This document shows positions 25,053 to 38,700 of a stretch of 64,000 nt of DNA, in pieces. The stretch is from Octopus sinensis (lineage: Eukaryota). Position numbers and translations under genes: made by a program. The DNA lies in NCBI RefSeq assembly GCF_006345805.1, contig NC_043001.1, positions 40,796,001 through 40,860,000 on the forward strand, in the 5' to 3' direction. The notes under the pieces are model-generated. The model was not told where the DNA came from, searched no databases, and saw nothing but the letters and a program-made list of their open reading frames with translations. Position 1 is the first letter of the stretch. Each line of letters begins with the position of its first letter.

Positions 25053-25476
25053 TCTATATATATAAAACTCAACTTGTGTGTCTGTGTGTTTAACTTCCTG
25101 GCACATCTCCTCCTAGCCAACAAATCGTAGAACCACTAAAAATGGGTCACTTAAAGTTTAGGCGAATGAAAATTGAACTGCGCTATTTCTGTTCTGAAAT
25201 TCATCTCGCAAGTGCAAAAATCGATAATGTGTTTGATTAGGCCTTATCCCATGCATTAAATAGTGAACTTTACTCAGTCAGCTGTTTGATGTGAACTGTG
25301 TTCACCACTGCATGCAAGCATGCGTAAATTGCATGAAAAATAAAAAATCAAGATATAAAAATGAATCGCCGTAAACATTGTAGAAATTCGGCAAAGAAAT
25401 GAAGTTTTGGGATGTAGCCTGGAGGGTTTTTTCGTATTAATATATATATATATATATATATCATCATATATATATG

Positions 25477-25524
<48 letters not shown>

Positions 25525-25809
25525 TAAATATATATATATGAGAGTATGATAGAAGAAGGATAACTCTTCCTTCTGTAGAAGTAAAAATTCAAATTGGACC
25601 ATGTCAACACCAAAAATTATTTACATCAAAAAGGTGCCTTTTTTCTATGAAAATCCCTATTTTTTACAATGTTTTGACTGCTGTGTTGCCATTTTTCGGT
25701 GTATTTCACTTAAAGAGAATAACAAGCTACATACTGCCAAATTTTTACTTTTGAAAAGTTCCAATTCTAAAGGGTCTAAACAAACCGCAACGCCGGGCGA
25801 TACTGCTAG
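25053..25809 (+). mobile_element. Non-autonomous Helitron-like element
   Basis: A|TC 5' end (TCTATATATATAAAACT), 3' end CTAG|T preceded by GC-rich ccgcaacgccggg subterminal palindrome remnant; no target-site duplication. Confidence 0.8.
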
Positions 25810-26389
25810 TCACATTATAAATCTATAATATTTCAACAATGGAACAACAATAAATTAGTCCTATATCATTAAATAACCTAGCTGTTATTGGAAAATAGTT
25901 CTTAGTTGTTGCTACTGAGGTCAAGGAAGAGAGCACTGACATCTTCATTTTATTGCACTCAGGAACATATTTGAAATGGCAATAATAAAGACCGTTGCAA
26001 AATTTACAGATATCTGATTATATTTCACTAAACAAATCTAATTACACACAAGTTAATATTATATACCAGGTGTTGTGCAGCAAATCAGCAGAAATACTGG
26101 AATCCGTTAAGGTAGATTTTCTATGGCTGGATGCTCTTCCTTTTGCCAACCCTCACCTGTTTACACACAGAACGTTGAAAAAGAAGGACACCATTGTATG
26201 ATGGTGACACTTGTTTAGAACAATCACATGTTGCCAAAGCAAGGATGGATGGATGGATACATACGTATGTACGTGCATACATGCATACATACATTCAAAA
26301 GAATAATATCTATATTATGATACATTTGTGCACATACATATATGCATGCATGCATGCATACATACATAGTGTAAGACCTTATATCTATA

Positions 26390-26469
26390 AATGTGCTAAT
26401 ATCTACACAGCCTTGGTTTTTTTATCTCATCACGAAAAAAATTCTTGTATGTATATATATATATGTATG

Positions 26470-26503
<34 letters not shown>

Positions 26504-26626
26504 CATACATATATATATACATATATATACACACGCACATATATATACATATGTATATACACACATATATATATATATACATATATATACACACATATAT
26601 ATACATATATACATATATATACATAT
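26390..26626. repeat. Compound (TA)/(CA)/(TATG) microsatellite
   Basis: Directly visible. Confidence 0.95.
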
Positions 26627-26629
26627 TTG

Positions 26630-27000
26630 AGTAGTTGAATGAATTATCTTGTTATGGATAATTCGATAAACCGATACCTGGGTAGCAAATTCACATCAGA
26701 GAAGATACGTTTGAAGTTACGTGCTTTCGTGTGGAAATTTGTATGTTTTTTTTAAAAATATAAATATATGAAAGAATGGAGTTGAACGACGAATTAACAA
26801 AATTCCTTTATTTTCGACATATGTTTCGAAGGCTGCATATTCCTAACTGCGAAGGAATAAGGAGTATACGTACAATTCAAATTTAGGGAATGAAGAAGAT
26901 AAAATCTGGGCTACATATGTTTCATAACTAGCAGAACCTCAGAAGTAGTAACTAAACGAGGGCCTGCCCACTACTACTGATCAGGCCAAACTACAACAAC
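26630..27000 (-). mobile_element. Possible Penelope-like terminal-repeat remnant with two hammerhead-like half motifs
   Basis: Minus strand carries gaaacatatgta (26910-26921) and cgaaacatatgtcgaaaataaa; CpG-retaining island between microsatellites. Confidence 0.4.
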
Positions 27001-27269
27001 AACAAAATAAAGGCCATAAAACCTATGGATAACAATGAAAATTGAGGAAATATGAAAGATTGGAAATATATTTTAAAACAGTCATATTTCTAAATGCAAA
27101 CACACACACAAGCATACAAAATAGCACACACATACAAACACACAAAAATAGCACACACACTCACATAAAGATATATATAATGTTGTGAAGGCAAATTTAT
27201 TTCCAAGAGAGATGAAATAACAAAATTGAACATCAAGTATTTTCCAATGAGTGACTAATGACACTTTTC

Positions 27270-27420
27270 ACGTCTATTAAAGCAGGAACAAATAAGAATT
27301 CTGTGCAAAATCAACTGTTTCAATCATTTGGACCTCATTAACTTCACTAACACTTAAAGCTATATTCAAGTATTTCTGCTCAAATGCTTCCAGTCTCTTC
27401 AAAGTCTAACTACGGCAACA
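27270..27420 (-). mobile_element. Small RTE-like LINE fragment
   Basis: Minus frame TLKRLEAFEQKYLNIALSVSEVNEV resembles the RTE KRLEAFExxCxRxIL motif. Confidence 0.35.
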
Positions 27421-29304
27421 AATACAGAACAAATGCTCTCACTTTGAAAAAGTGAAAATTCATCTGTAACCAAACAGCATTCCATTATACAAATAGAATT
27501 GTTCTTGTCTTTGCTAGAAATTCAAATTGATTTATGGTCACCATAACAGGTGATGATGAAACAAAAGTTTTTGCATATATAATGAAATAATAAATGGTAA
27601 AAATGAATTTTCTCCTATCTTATCAATAGGGATATAAATTCTGTTCAGGATTCAAAAATAAGAATTTTGTATCTTGAGTTGTTAGATGAAGTTTGTAACA
27701 AGGTATACAATTACTAACACACACATACATACACATGTGTGTACTCTTGCTCTGCACTTTTGAAGATAAATGAAATAAGAAAACACCCTGTTACCTACTA
27801 TAGATGAGCTAATATGCAAGCCTCTGTGTAATGATCAATCAACCTACAATAATTAACAGCAAAATCTCCCTCAAATGATACTCTATGTCTTGAAAGAAAA
27901 GGAAACATTGAATAATTTTGTCTGCCAAGCACTGTAACAAGTGATCAAAAATACAGGAAGGTGATGGCTGAAATGTTTCTGTTGTAGCTTTTCCCATTCA
28001 TGGATGACCTTGGGCTAAATAATGATCACCTAGAATAGACTGACATCCTGTCCAGAAGGATATTTATTTCTCACCTATTTCAAATCATAAAACTAGTGCT
28101 AAACACTAGAACCTACAATACAATAAACCTCTGTTAAACAAGCATTTGTCCCAAACACAATATACAAAAGTTTGAGGTGAATATTCAACTCACAAAATTT
28201 CCATGATTCTATTTTTTCCTCTTTTGCACCAGAACTTTATCAGATTAGAGTGATTTCCAATTCTTTTTTCCCCAACTAATAATAGTCTCTTGGAAAGAAA
28301 GGAATGAAAACTGTGAGTTTAAAGGAAGGGGAAATATACTGCCATTAGCAAACTATGAAAGTCAAGTGAAACAATCCCAACCATGAATTGAAACAGGATC
28401 ATGAATATTTGGCATGGTAAGAAATTCTCATATTTAGTCACCTGCTCCAGTAGACTGAATTGATGCAGTGCATGTCTGCTCTCCTGTAAAAGCGTGAAGC
28501 AGACAAGCAAATATGATGCTCATGCCTTTCTTAAAGGTCTTAATAAATTTGTTCAAAATTCAGCTTGCATTCTAGAGCATTTCCTACTACCCTGAATTTA
28601 TAATGAAAGGAAAGTAAAAGCTGAAGCAAACCCTTGAGAGCCATATTGGTAATCATATTTTAAGTTTTCTTCATTATGGTCATTCAGTTTCATTGTTATT
28701 CATAAAGTATAAACATCATGCTATATTATATACCTCATCACTATAAATATGGAGTTTTGTACCATTATAAATAATCAATAAGCATTAAAGTAAAATTTAA
28801 AAATATATGAAATAAAAGAAGAAAAATCCTTTTCAGGTTTGCCACACCCAAAATCTCTAGTTGTAGATTATATTAGTAACTGGAATATCAGCTTTGAACA
28901 ACAAGAAATTGTCAATACTCACAAGAGTACCCAATCAATTAACCCATTGATACCTATTGTTATGAAGCTCTTCAAAAAACTAATTCTCACAATAATGAAA
29001 GCTAAACAAAGAATCAATTGTTTCTACCCTTCTCAGCTTTATACATTATGTGCAAGTTGAGAGAAATCAGCCTCAGAAAAATGAAGTGGGGTGATTTTTA
29101 AATGTTCAACTCCTAATGGTGATACCATGTGGGTCAATATAAATGTTCTTGGTTATCAAATGAATACTATCATATATAAGGGACAAAATTAACAGGAATA
29201 TAAAAAGGTTATGCTAATGTAATAAATTTTCCCTTACTAGATCTCACTTTCATTTAGCAGATAGAGCTATATCTACTCTCTCATGTCACATTAGTGGGCT
29301 TTCA

Positions 29305-29700
29305 TCTTAGAGAAATTTGGTGAAAACAGTGTTGATATCATCAACATCAGCAAAGCTGTTGACTATGTTTGGCACATGAAACTCCAAACAAAATCTGCCC
29401 ATCTATGGGCTCTATCCATTTCTCATCACTTGCATTGGTATCTTCCTGTCAGCTCATGCTATTGCAGACTTTACTGATGAAGTTCTCCCTGTTAACTCTG
29501 GTGTGCCTCAGGGTTTAGTTCTGTCCTTCACACTCCTCTTCATATATATCAATGATTTACTTGGAATCACCCCTCTCCCCAGCAATGTGCACTATTATGC
29601 AGATGACACCACCCTTCATTCCACTAAAACTGTTTGCACCCAAGTATCAGACACTTGCAATCTAAACATCTAATACTAAACCTGCACTGACTCCATGAAC
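29305..29700 (+). mobile_element. CR1/L2-group LINE reverse-transcriptase fragment, decayed
   Basis: Recognisable motifs FGE..(D)ISKAVDYVWH, NSGVPQGLVL, IYINDL and YYADDTTLH. Confidence 0.8.
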
Positions 29701-30312
29701 AAGGACTTTGAAAATATCCTCCAATGCAGTATCATGCCAATATTGACTCAGAAAAATACAGCACAACTCATACCAAAGAAATACCATTGTACCTCACCCT
29801 CCTTAGACATGATCAGCATATGACAAGATAGTACTCGCAATTGGTTCAAATGCTTGACCTTCATATAATTGAGGGTCTATTATGGTGAACATAGAGATTA
29901 ATATTTCAGTAACAAATTGCCAGGCTGAGCTTTACCCAAGATTTACTAAATTTTCATCATTCAATGACATCAAACAATAGTTCTTCTCTAAGATACAGAG
30001 AGTAATTTATTTGCATAACATTATAGTTACCAAAGAAGAATTTCTTATAAAATGTTCTGCTGTTTTGGGGGTTTTTTTTTGTTATTGTTCTTATATTAAT
30101 CTTGTAAACTTACCTGCAAAAAAAAAAAAGAGAAAAATATTAAATTAAATTGTAGTTAATAATTTATTAACTTTATTAACAATTTAATTAAAAAGCAAAA
30201 ATTTCCACAGAACAATCAGCAACTGATTTTAAAATACAAAAATCATAAGTAAATTACAATAATTAAGTTTGAAATTGAGACTCAATGACTCCCAAAGCTA
30301 AATGACTGAATA

Positions 30313-31227
30313 TCTATATATATAAAACTGTAGTTGTGTGAGTGTCTGTCCCCTTCGATTTAGATTCCTAACTACTCCCACATTTTGCGGTGCAGTTTAA
30401 CCAAATTCGGGTATCTTATAGTCGTGATTCATATCGAGCCCGTCTGGGTATTAGCAAGCGTCTACGATGAGTCTACGATTTTAAAAATAATTTAACATCA
30501 TTTTTTATTCCATTTTAATGCATATTTTTTCGTGTGTCGATGGCGGCGGAGTTGGCGTCCACGCTCACAGCTGCACCTCTGTTGCTTCTCCCCCTTCTTC
30601 CCTCTCTCGTGAAGCTGTGGGGAAGGGAGTGTAAGGAAATCAACGTCGTAATGCGTTGTCAAGGAGACCAGCGTTCTTTTAGAACAACGACTTCATGGCT
30701 TGAAGTCGCCAAAACAGAAATCGCTAAAAAAGCTGAAACAGATCCACAAAAACGGCAATTACCGCCACACAGGGCAGGTTTCCTGTGCAAACAATTTGCA
30801 CAACCGAATGTTTTAGTTGTTGCACAAATCTTTATATATAAAAGTATGGTTGTGTGTCTGTCTCCTACGATTTAGATTCCTAACTACTCCCACATTTTGC
30901 GGTGCAGTGTAACCAAAACCGGTTATCTTATAGTCGTGATTCATATCGAGCCCTTCTGGGTATTAGTGCGTGTCTACGATGAGTCTACGATTTAAAAAAA
31001 AATTACCATCATTTTTTATTCCATTTTAATGCATTTTTCGCTATTATATAAGGGAAGTAACTCTCTAAAAATGTCTACGATAAGTCAACGATTTAAAAAA
31101 AAAAATTACCATCATTTTTTATTCCATTTTTAATGCATTTTTTGCTATTTTTTTGCTATAACTCACTAAAAATGCTTATATAGTTATTTCCCTTACAAAC
31201 CCGAGCAACGCCGGGCGATACTGCTAG
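30313..31227 (+). mobile_element. Non-autonomous Helitron-like element with internal duplications
   Basis: A|TC start, CCCGAGCAACGCCGGG hairpin 31200-31215 and CTAG|T end. A ~190-bp segment (about 30340-30525) is repeated at about 30850-31040, with a further partial copy near 31060-31145. Confidence 0.85.
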
Positions 31228-34200
31228 TATATATATATTCATGAATTTTAACCTTGCTACAGCCATTGAACTCCAGGGAGTACAATGGCTATAAATGTTG
31301 TTTTTTTTTTTTATAATGTGAGGAATAGTCTGTTAACGCACAGGAATCCTTTGAAGGATGACAGTACACTAAATAAAAGACAAAAAAATAAAAGTACTAA
31401 TTACACAACTGTATTGGAATAAGCAATAATTCAAAGCCAGGAACTTCATTGAAGCTCGTGTAAGTCTTTGCTTATAAAATCTATGGATTAACACAATCCA
31501 AAAAGGGAAGTTTTGTGTAGTGACTCACTCTGTTCAATTTAGTAGCTGGAGCTTCCCCAACAAAACAACCTAATGTTATGAAAATTGGTTACTATTTTAA
31601 AGGCTTAAATCATGATAAGTTAACTTAGTGTTAACGTATTTAATGCTGAGAAAATTAAAAAGCTAACTGCAAATAATAAAGTAGAAATGGAAAACAAATT
31701 ATAATAATCATTGACTGATATAATTTTAAGGAGATGACTCTGGACATGTTTCAATATTATTATGAGCTCATCACCAAAGCATAGTCATCACTATACCTTC
31801 AAAAGTAGTGATGAAAGAATCACTATATAAATACATAATAATGTGCACTAGTTGGCACAAAAAAATAGAAATTTTAAAGAATAAGTTACTCAGAGATGCC
31901 ATCCATGGAAAAAGCAATAGTTATGTTAGTATTAACAAATTTAATGCAAAGAGCATTAAGAAATAACTAAATATAATTAAACAATGAACTAAAAAAAAAG
32001 AAACAAAAATAATGTTAACCATTGACTAATATTATTTCAGTTATTATGCCAACTTGCTGACACTATAGATGAGATAGTTACATCTAGGTATGTTAAATGT
32101 CTTATTTATTCACAACTTCTATCAAGTAAATCCAAATGAGACCTACCGATGGCAGTGATAATAATAATAACACAATAGTTTGGAATCCAAAATAAGATTT
32201 CTTATTTTGACTCTAAGATGAACTCTCTCTCTCTCTCTTCCTCTTTCTCTCTTTCTTTCTCCTCCTTCTATATCTCATCCACACATGACACACAATAGGA
32301 AACATATCCAGCTGGAAATGTTACTTCCAAGACAATTGAAAAACAAAAAATTTACAAATAAAGAATGAATCCTATACATGGGTAATGACTTCATATTTCT
32401 AACAATTGTCATTACAACACTTGATTATGTGACTAAGTGATTCGGTATAAATCTTGATGAGTTAGCCTACAAAATAACAGAAATTTGATTTGCAAATCAT
32501 TCCAGAAGATAAGCCTCCAACCTTTGCCACCTTACAAAAAATGAAAGTATTTTAAAAATGGAGGGAGATAAATGATGAACATTCTTGGAATACACCCATA
32601 AAAGTATGGTGGTCATAGAATTAAAGTATGGGGCAACTTGCTTATGCATTGAAAGTTCAAAATATGTCATATGTTCTGGAAGGAAAAAATACTTTATTCC
32701 ACATTCCCTCAGTTCACCAAACTATCAGGAATAGGTACCAGATCATTTGGGAATATTACTGCTGATAGGCTGGGGTCCCATCCAGGAGCAGATATATATC
32801 TCTTATGGTTCAAGCCATGAAATCAGAGTTCAGTGCATACCCTTCCAAAGTTGTTGATGTTTAAGAGTTATTACAACATATACAAACATATCCTTGTAAA
32901 CAAAGCAAAACTACTTTATGCATGTCCTCCCAAAGGTTCTTTATAGAAGCTATCTAAATTCAAGAGCGTATATACAAAAGAGATCAGAAGAATCTGGATG
33001 TCATAATAGCATTTATTGAAATAAAGCAAAACAGACAGACAATGATAAGTCAATATTTTTATCAATAAAGCAGTTATTGATAAAACAAAGAAATAGATAT
33101 TTGCTGTCTCAGAAGGAAAGAAGAGAGGCAAATATTACTTAAAAAAAATGAATTATTCTAATGGTGATGGAGATTAAAAAAAAAAACAAAAACAAAAAAA
33201 TGATAGCAACATTCAGAGCAATCTTACTAGACTGTGACTAATACTATACTGATATGTTAATACTGTTTATAAAACTACAATGACATGTGCATGGTGGCAT
33301 GAGATGAGTGAATATGTGCCAATAGTTACTCATAAGAAAAGTTTTAACTAAATTTTTTCATTTACTACTCACTCCATAATACATTTGATCATATAAGACT
33401 TCACCTTCTCTCAATAATTTAAGAGAATATTAGTGGAACAGTTTCTTATTTCCTTTACTTTGTTTGATCAGGGAATCTAGTACAATCAGTTATGAAACAA
33501 TTGTCACTTAAACATATCTCTTATTGTTGAGAGTAGTGAACTCTGTATCTTACAGCTATAAAGAGAGTCTTATTTTGAAATAGATGTAATCTGTAAGGGA
33601 CACAATGTAGAAATTAGCAAGTTCTTTTTGTAAAAGCCCATTTTCAAATTTTTTACCCTTGCCCATAGTCCACATATACATTATATAATATTTTACATAT
33701 AAAATATTTTTACATATCCACCCTGTCCAACACATTCATTGGTAATGTTTCTGTAAGTTTGGTAATGTTTATGAAGATTATTTAAAAACCATCAGCTGAT
33801 CAACAGTCCACAAATACATTAAATTTGAAAATTTTTAGGAAAAGTTTAAGGCCCACAGAGAACACCTCAATAGCCTACCTACTGCCAACCCCTGAAATAA
33901 TGCTTGTGATAAAACAATTACTGCTCATTTGATAGTAAGAAATTTGGCAAATTCTTGACTCAGGCAGCTGAAATCCTACAAAGAATGTAAAACTACAATA
34001 AAAATAATTTGATTTTCTATCTTCAGACAATGTAGTAGTTTAATTAAATTTTTTTCTGGAGTTATGAAATGTCAAAGTAAGAAATAATTGAAAGAAGTAA
34101 AACTAATGAATTGGCAGTTATTTGTTTATTTTTGCCATTAATCCTCATAAGATTGGGCTGGACTATAGGCCCACAATTTTGGTATCAGAATGAAGCTGAG

Positions 34201-34849
34201 GACATTGTAACTGAAACCAAGTGTTATATGCACATAGAGATTAAAACAACAATAAGAGGCAAAAAAATAGAAGTATTGATCAAATTAATGAAAGTAAGTA
34301 CTGAAATAAATTTTTCAAAGAAACATTTTTGCATCAACAAAAACCTACATACTTTTCAATATCAATTTTTTGTAGCATTTGAAAAAATGTTTTGAAACTG
34401 TTTATAAGTTGTTGTTTTTTTGGGTTTTATTCCAGAATGTGTTTTAAAAATAAAATCATATCTTTACACAGATTTTCTGAAGACAAATCAATATTCAAAA
34501 TATTGGAAGGTAAATTTTAATATTCATATAGAAATAAAAGTAGTGGAATAGTACAAATAATACAGAACTAGAGTAAATACTAAATTATGTAAAATCAGTC
34601 ACATGACTTACTAAAATTTGGATCATAATTAATATGCAATATTATAATAATTATATTATGCTGAATAAAATGCTTTATATGATACAATTTCACCCCACTG
34701 CCATGCCATTTAAAATCCTGATGTTACTGTCATCAACTCTGGGTCAGTTAAATAACTATCAACCAATGGAGTTAATTTAATTGATTAAAATCCTCCCATA
34801 TACACCCATAGCATTGTGTTAATGTAATGAGACAATATTTACATATATT

Positions 34850-35034
34850 TATTTCTTTATTGCCCACAAGGGGCTAAACATAGAGAGGACAAATAAGGAC
34901 AGACAAAGGGATCAAGTCGATTACATTGACCCCAGTGTGTTACTGGTGGAATCTGAACTCAGAACATAACAGCAGACAAAATACTGCTAAGCATTTTGCC
35001 CAGCGTGCTAATGATTCTGCCAGCTCACCGCCCT
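34850..35034 (-). mobile_element. Family A SINE with internal deletion and 16-bp TSD
   Basis: AATATTTACATATATT at 34834-34849 and 35035-35050. Confidence 0.9.
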
Positions 35035-35099
35035 AATATTTACATATATTAGTTGATGAAATGGAGGCAGTTTCTCATTCTTAACGATCACGAGGAAAA

Positions 35100-35790
35100 G
35101 TGGAAAACCTTCAAGTGGCTCTGTAAAGCAATCCTTGATTGACAGGCCCTATAATACCTGGGACAAATATGCAGGTGAGTGTCAGGACAATGACTCTTTC
35201 CTGCTCTGGTGTTTCTAATCCATTGCAGTTGTTCTGGCCTTCTCAAACTGCTTGCAACAATCTGAGTGCAATTTCATCACACCACCCTCTGTGCTGTGAC
35301 CCTCTTCCACACTGTTGGGTCTCTTCCTGCCTGGATGAGCTGGCAATTCATCTGATCTTTGAAATGCTTCCAGGGACTACTTCTGTCTCTTTCGCCCCTG
35401 GTTGAGTTTGCTGCAAAATATGGCCTTTAGCATTCTAGATTGTCCATGCATAAGATGTCGCTGGTCCATTTGAACTAAATGGACAGCAGCATGGTTTCAA
35501 TAAGTGAGATGTTGGCCTGCTGGAGGAGATCATTCTTGGCAATGTACTCCTTTCATGAGATGTCCATGGTAGAGCAAAGGCATCTCAAGTTGAAGCATTC
35601 CAGCAGCTTCACTTGCTTCCTGTACAGCATTCAAGCTTCTGACTCATAGAGAAGAGTGGTGATGACAGTTGCCTCATAGACTTTGATTCTGGTGGGTAGA
35701 TGCATTGCATGGTTCACTCATATATGCTTCTACAGACATCCAAAAGGGATATTGGCTTTGGCAATGTAGTTGTCAATGACAATTCCATAT
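35100..35790 (-). mobile_element. RTE (BovB-like) LINE 3' fragment, decayed
   Basis: Minus frame IAKANIPFGCL*KHI*VNHAMHLPTRIKVYEATVITTLLYESEA*MLYRKQVKLLECFNLRCL...FKW matches the RTE/BovB post-RT region. Confidence 0.8.
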
Positions 35791-38700
35791 ATGATAGATA
35801 ATTCTCAAATATAATCATCATCATCATCATTATTATTGTTTTAATATCCATCATCATTATTATTGTTTTAATATTATTGTTTTAATATCAATGCTATGGC
35901 CAGATGTCCTTCTTGTTATCAACCCTTACTTGTTACCAAGCAAAATAATGAATGGCCAGATATATTTCCATGAAAAATTGAAAATGAATGACATTGTTTA
36001 TTTGACAGTGACACTAATTTACAACTATTATGTAATGCCAAGACAAGTAGGTATAAACACACATACACACACAACAAGCTTCTTTTAGTTTTTGTCTTTC
36101 AAATCCAATCACAAGGCTTTAGTCAGTCCAATGATACAGAAGATACTTGCCCAAGGTGCTATAGTTTTATTTTATTTAAAAGACCAAATTTTCGATTGAG
36201 AAAAGTTCAAAATTTAAGATAGGTATTTATTTCATTAATCTATGAAATATGACTGGCAGAGATACCTTTAGTAGGATTTGAAATTGGAAAATTAATGAAA
36301 GTACCAATAAAGAACCTACTGTTTCAGTATACTATTATATCATCTATTTATACTTTCTTTTTCACTTGCTGGATTGGATCAAAAGAAAGGAGCAGTGCCT
36401 ATAGACTTTGCAAATCCTTCAAGATTGATGAGACTGATGCTATTAAAAGTCAAAGACTGTTGTACATTAACACATATGGGGAAAGACAAGAGCAGGGGGG
36501 GGGGGGAATTTCAGAATGGCTAACATTCTGGAGGAGAAGGACTGGAATTAGTAACAGTGTTGGGGCCCAGGATGTTGGATACAATATAGCTGATGACTGA
36601 AGGGAAAATATATAGCTATTGTTAACAACATGATAGGTGTTAGCGGTATGGTGTTAATTCATTTTGTCACAATAAGAGGAAGAGAGAGAAAAACCGTTGA
36701 GTCTAATATGAAATTATTGGCATAGTCAATTGCTTTGTTATCAATTGACTATAAAAACTAAAAAAAAATGTTGACAAAATCTTGTCAAAATATTTCATGA
36801 AAATGAGCTCAGCTGTTACCATTTTATGTAATATGCTAAAAGCTAAGAGAAAAATTCGAAGTACAAGCAAAAACATATAAAAAACAGTTACATAGTAGTT
36901 ATATACTTGTTAATGGGCTCAAGATAAACAAGTGCTATTTTTATGAGTATGCAGTTTGTTTATATATTTTTTTTACTTGTATAGATACTACCCTTAAAGT
37001 TTATTTCTGACCTAGAAAAATTTATTTCTGTATTCTTATTGACTCTATTGGTAATGGCTGTTAGACAGGAACCAACCACTTTTTACAAGATTCACTATTA
37101 ACAGTTTATATTTAGAGATTCAACAATGATACCAATGTCATTCTGAGACTTGCAAGTGAATTCAAATGTATCTTTAAAATGACATAATATTTATTTTTCA
37201 ATTTTCCAAATTCAGATATTAGAAGAAATTTAACTAGTAATAGGAAGAAAATATATACAAGCATACACACACAGACACACATCCTATTTATCTAGTTGAA
37301 AACATATAATGAAACTAAAAAATGAATATATGATAACCCAAAATAGCATTAAAATATCGTGATGAAGTCAAGAAATTTGGTTCATTACTATGTATTTGAG
37401 GTTCAATCCCACCACATAGCACATCTGACAAGTGTCTTCTACCATAGCTGTAGGTTGAAGAGTACTTTGTGAGTGAAATTTAGTAGTAGACAGTTCCATT
37501 CTGTGTGATTGTGTGTGTGTGTATAGATAGATACACAATTGTGTACGAGTATATCTTTCACTGGTTTATGTTAACAAAGGATCTACGCAGTCAAAAAATG
37601 CGGGTCACAGGAAAAGAGACTGTTGCATTAATAAGAGATGAGACTGAATGAGATGTGTACAATTTGATGACAAGGTTGAATGTTGCAGAGTGTTTATGAA
37701 TGAAGACATATTTATCAAGCAAACCAAAGTATGTATATGTATGATGACTGTACCATCTCATATGCAAGTAGTATTCTGATGTAGGACATTTTTCTTTTAT
37801 ATATATAAAAGTTTGTAGACATTTAACTGTATGAAAAACACCCAGGTTTTTGGTATAAAGCCTTTACTTGAAAAATCTTTATTTGTTTGAAAGGTGATAG
37901 GGGTGTTAAGACTTCCAGTCCCAGTGTTGTAAAACGATATCATAGATACATCTCATTTACAAAGCTGATAACTTTACAATATGCAAAGAAAGCAATGGGA
38001 TTTGAAATATTTATTTTATGCACCACAGTTGAAATGTCTAAGGTAAAATGGTTTAAAGTAAAATGAAATAGTTATGGGAGAGTGGAGGGGGGGTAAGAGC
38101 ACAAGGGAAGAAACAGTTTAACAGATACAACTGACATTGCATTGCTTCAATGATTATAATTACTCTTTTTATTAATACAACACCTACATAAAAAAAATGA
38201 AATAATACAAAAATAAATAAATAACTAATAATAATAACATCACAATGCAACAGACGTCTAGACGTCAGCTGGATAACAGGAAGTATGTTCAAGTTATATT
38301 TGTACAACAGTCGCTGCTGGCTAGGTACTACGAAAATGACAAGAGACCTCAGCATATTTAATCTCAAAGGATTTAAGTTAACACAAAGGCAGGACTGATA
38401 CTTAGATATAATGGTTTCTGTTGTCTAAATACCAGAAAAGTTAAAATTCATCACTTCAAAAACTTAGATCAGTTCCAACAGCTTCTTATTACTGAGAGAA
38501 AACTAATATTGTGTGACTGTGATTGAAAAAAATAGTCAGTATGGCTGTATCTTCATAGTATTAAAATTCAACATTTGCTTGACTGTTTGTGTGTACTGTA
38601 ATATAAGAGAAAATTGTACATTGTGGTCACACCATGTTTTGATAATGTACTCTTATACATATGCCATTTTGCTTTTAAGTTCCACAATATTTTTGTGTTC

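Noticed and set aside
28839-29060. 73-aa plus-strand ORF
   Set aside because: No domain; overlaps a better splice-bounded minus-strand candidate and is within chance length.
36295-36600. 101-aa ORF as a gene
   Set aside because: No recognisable domain, crosses a poly-G run and lacks splice support.
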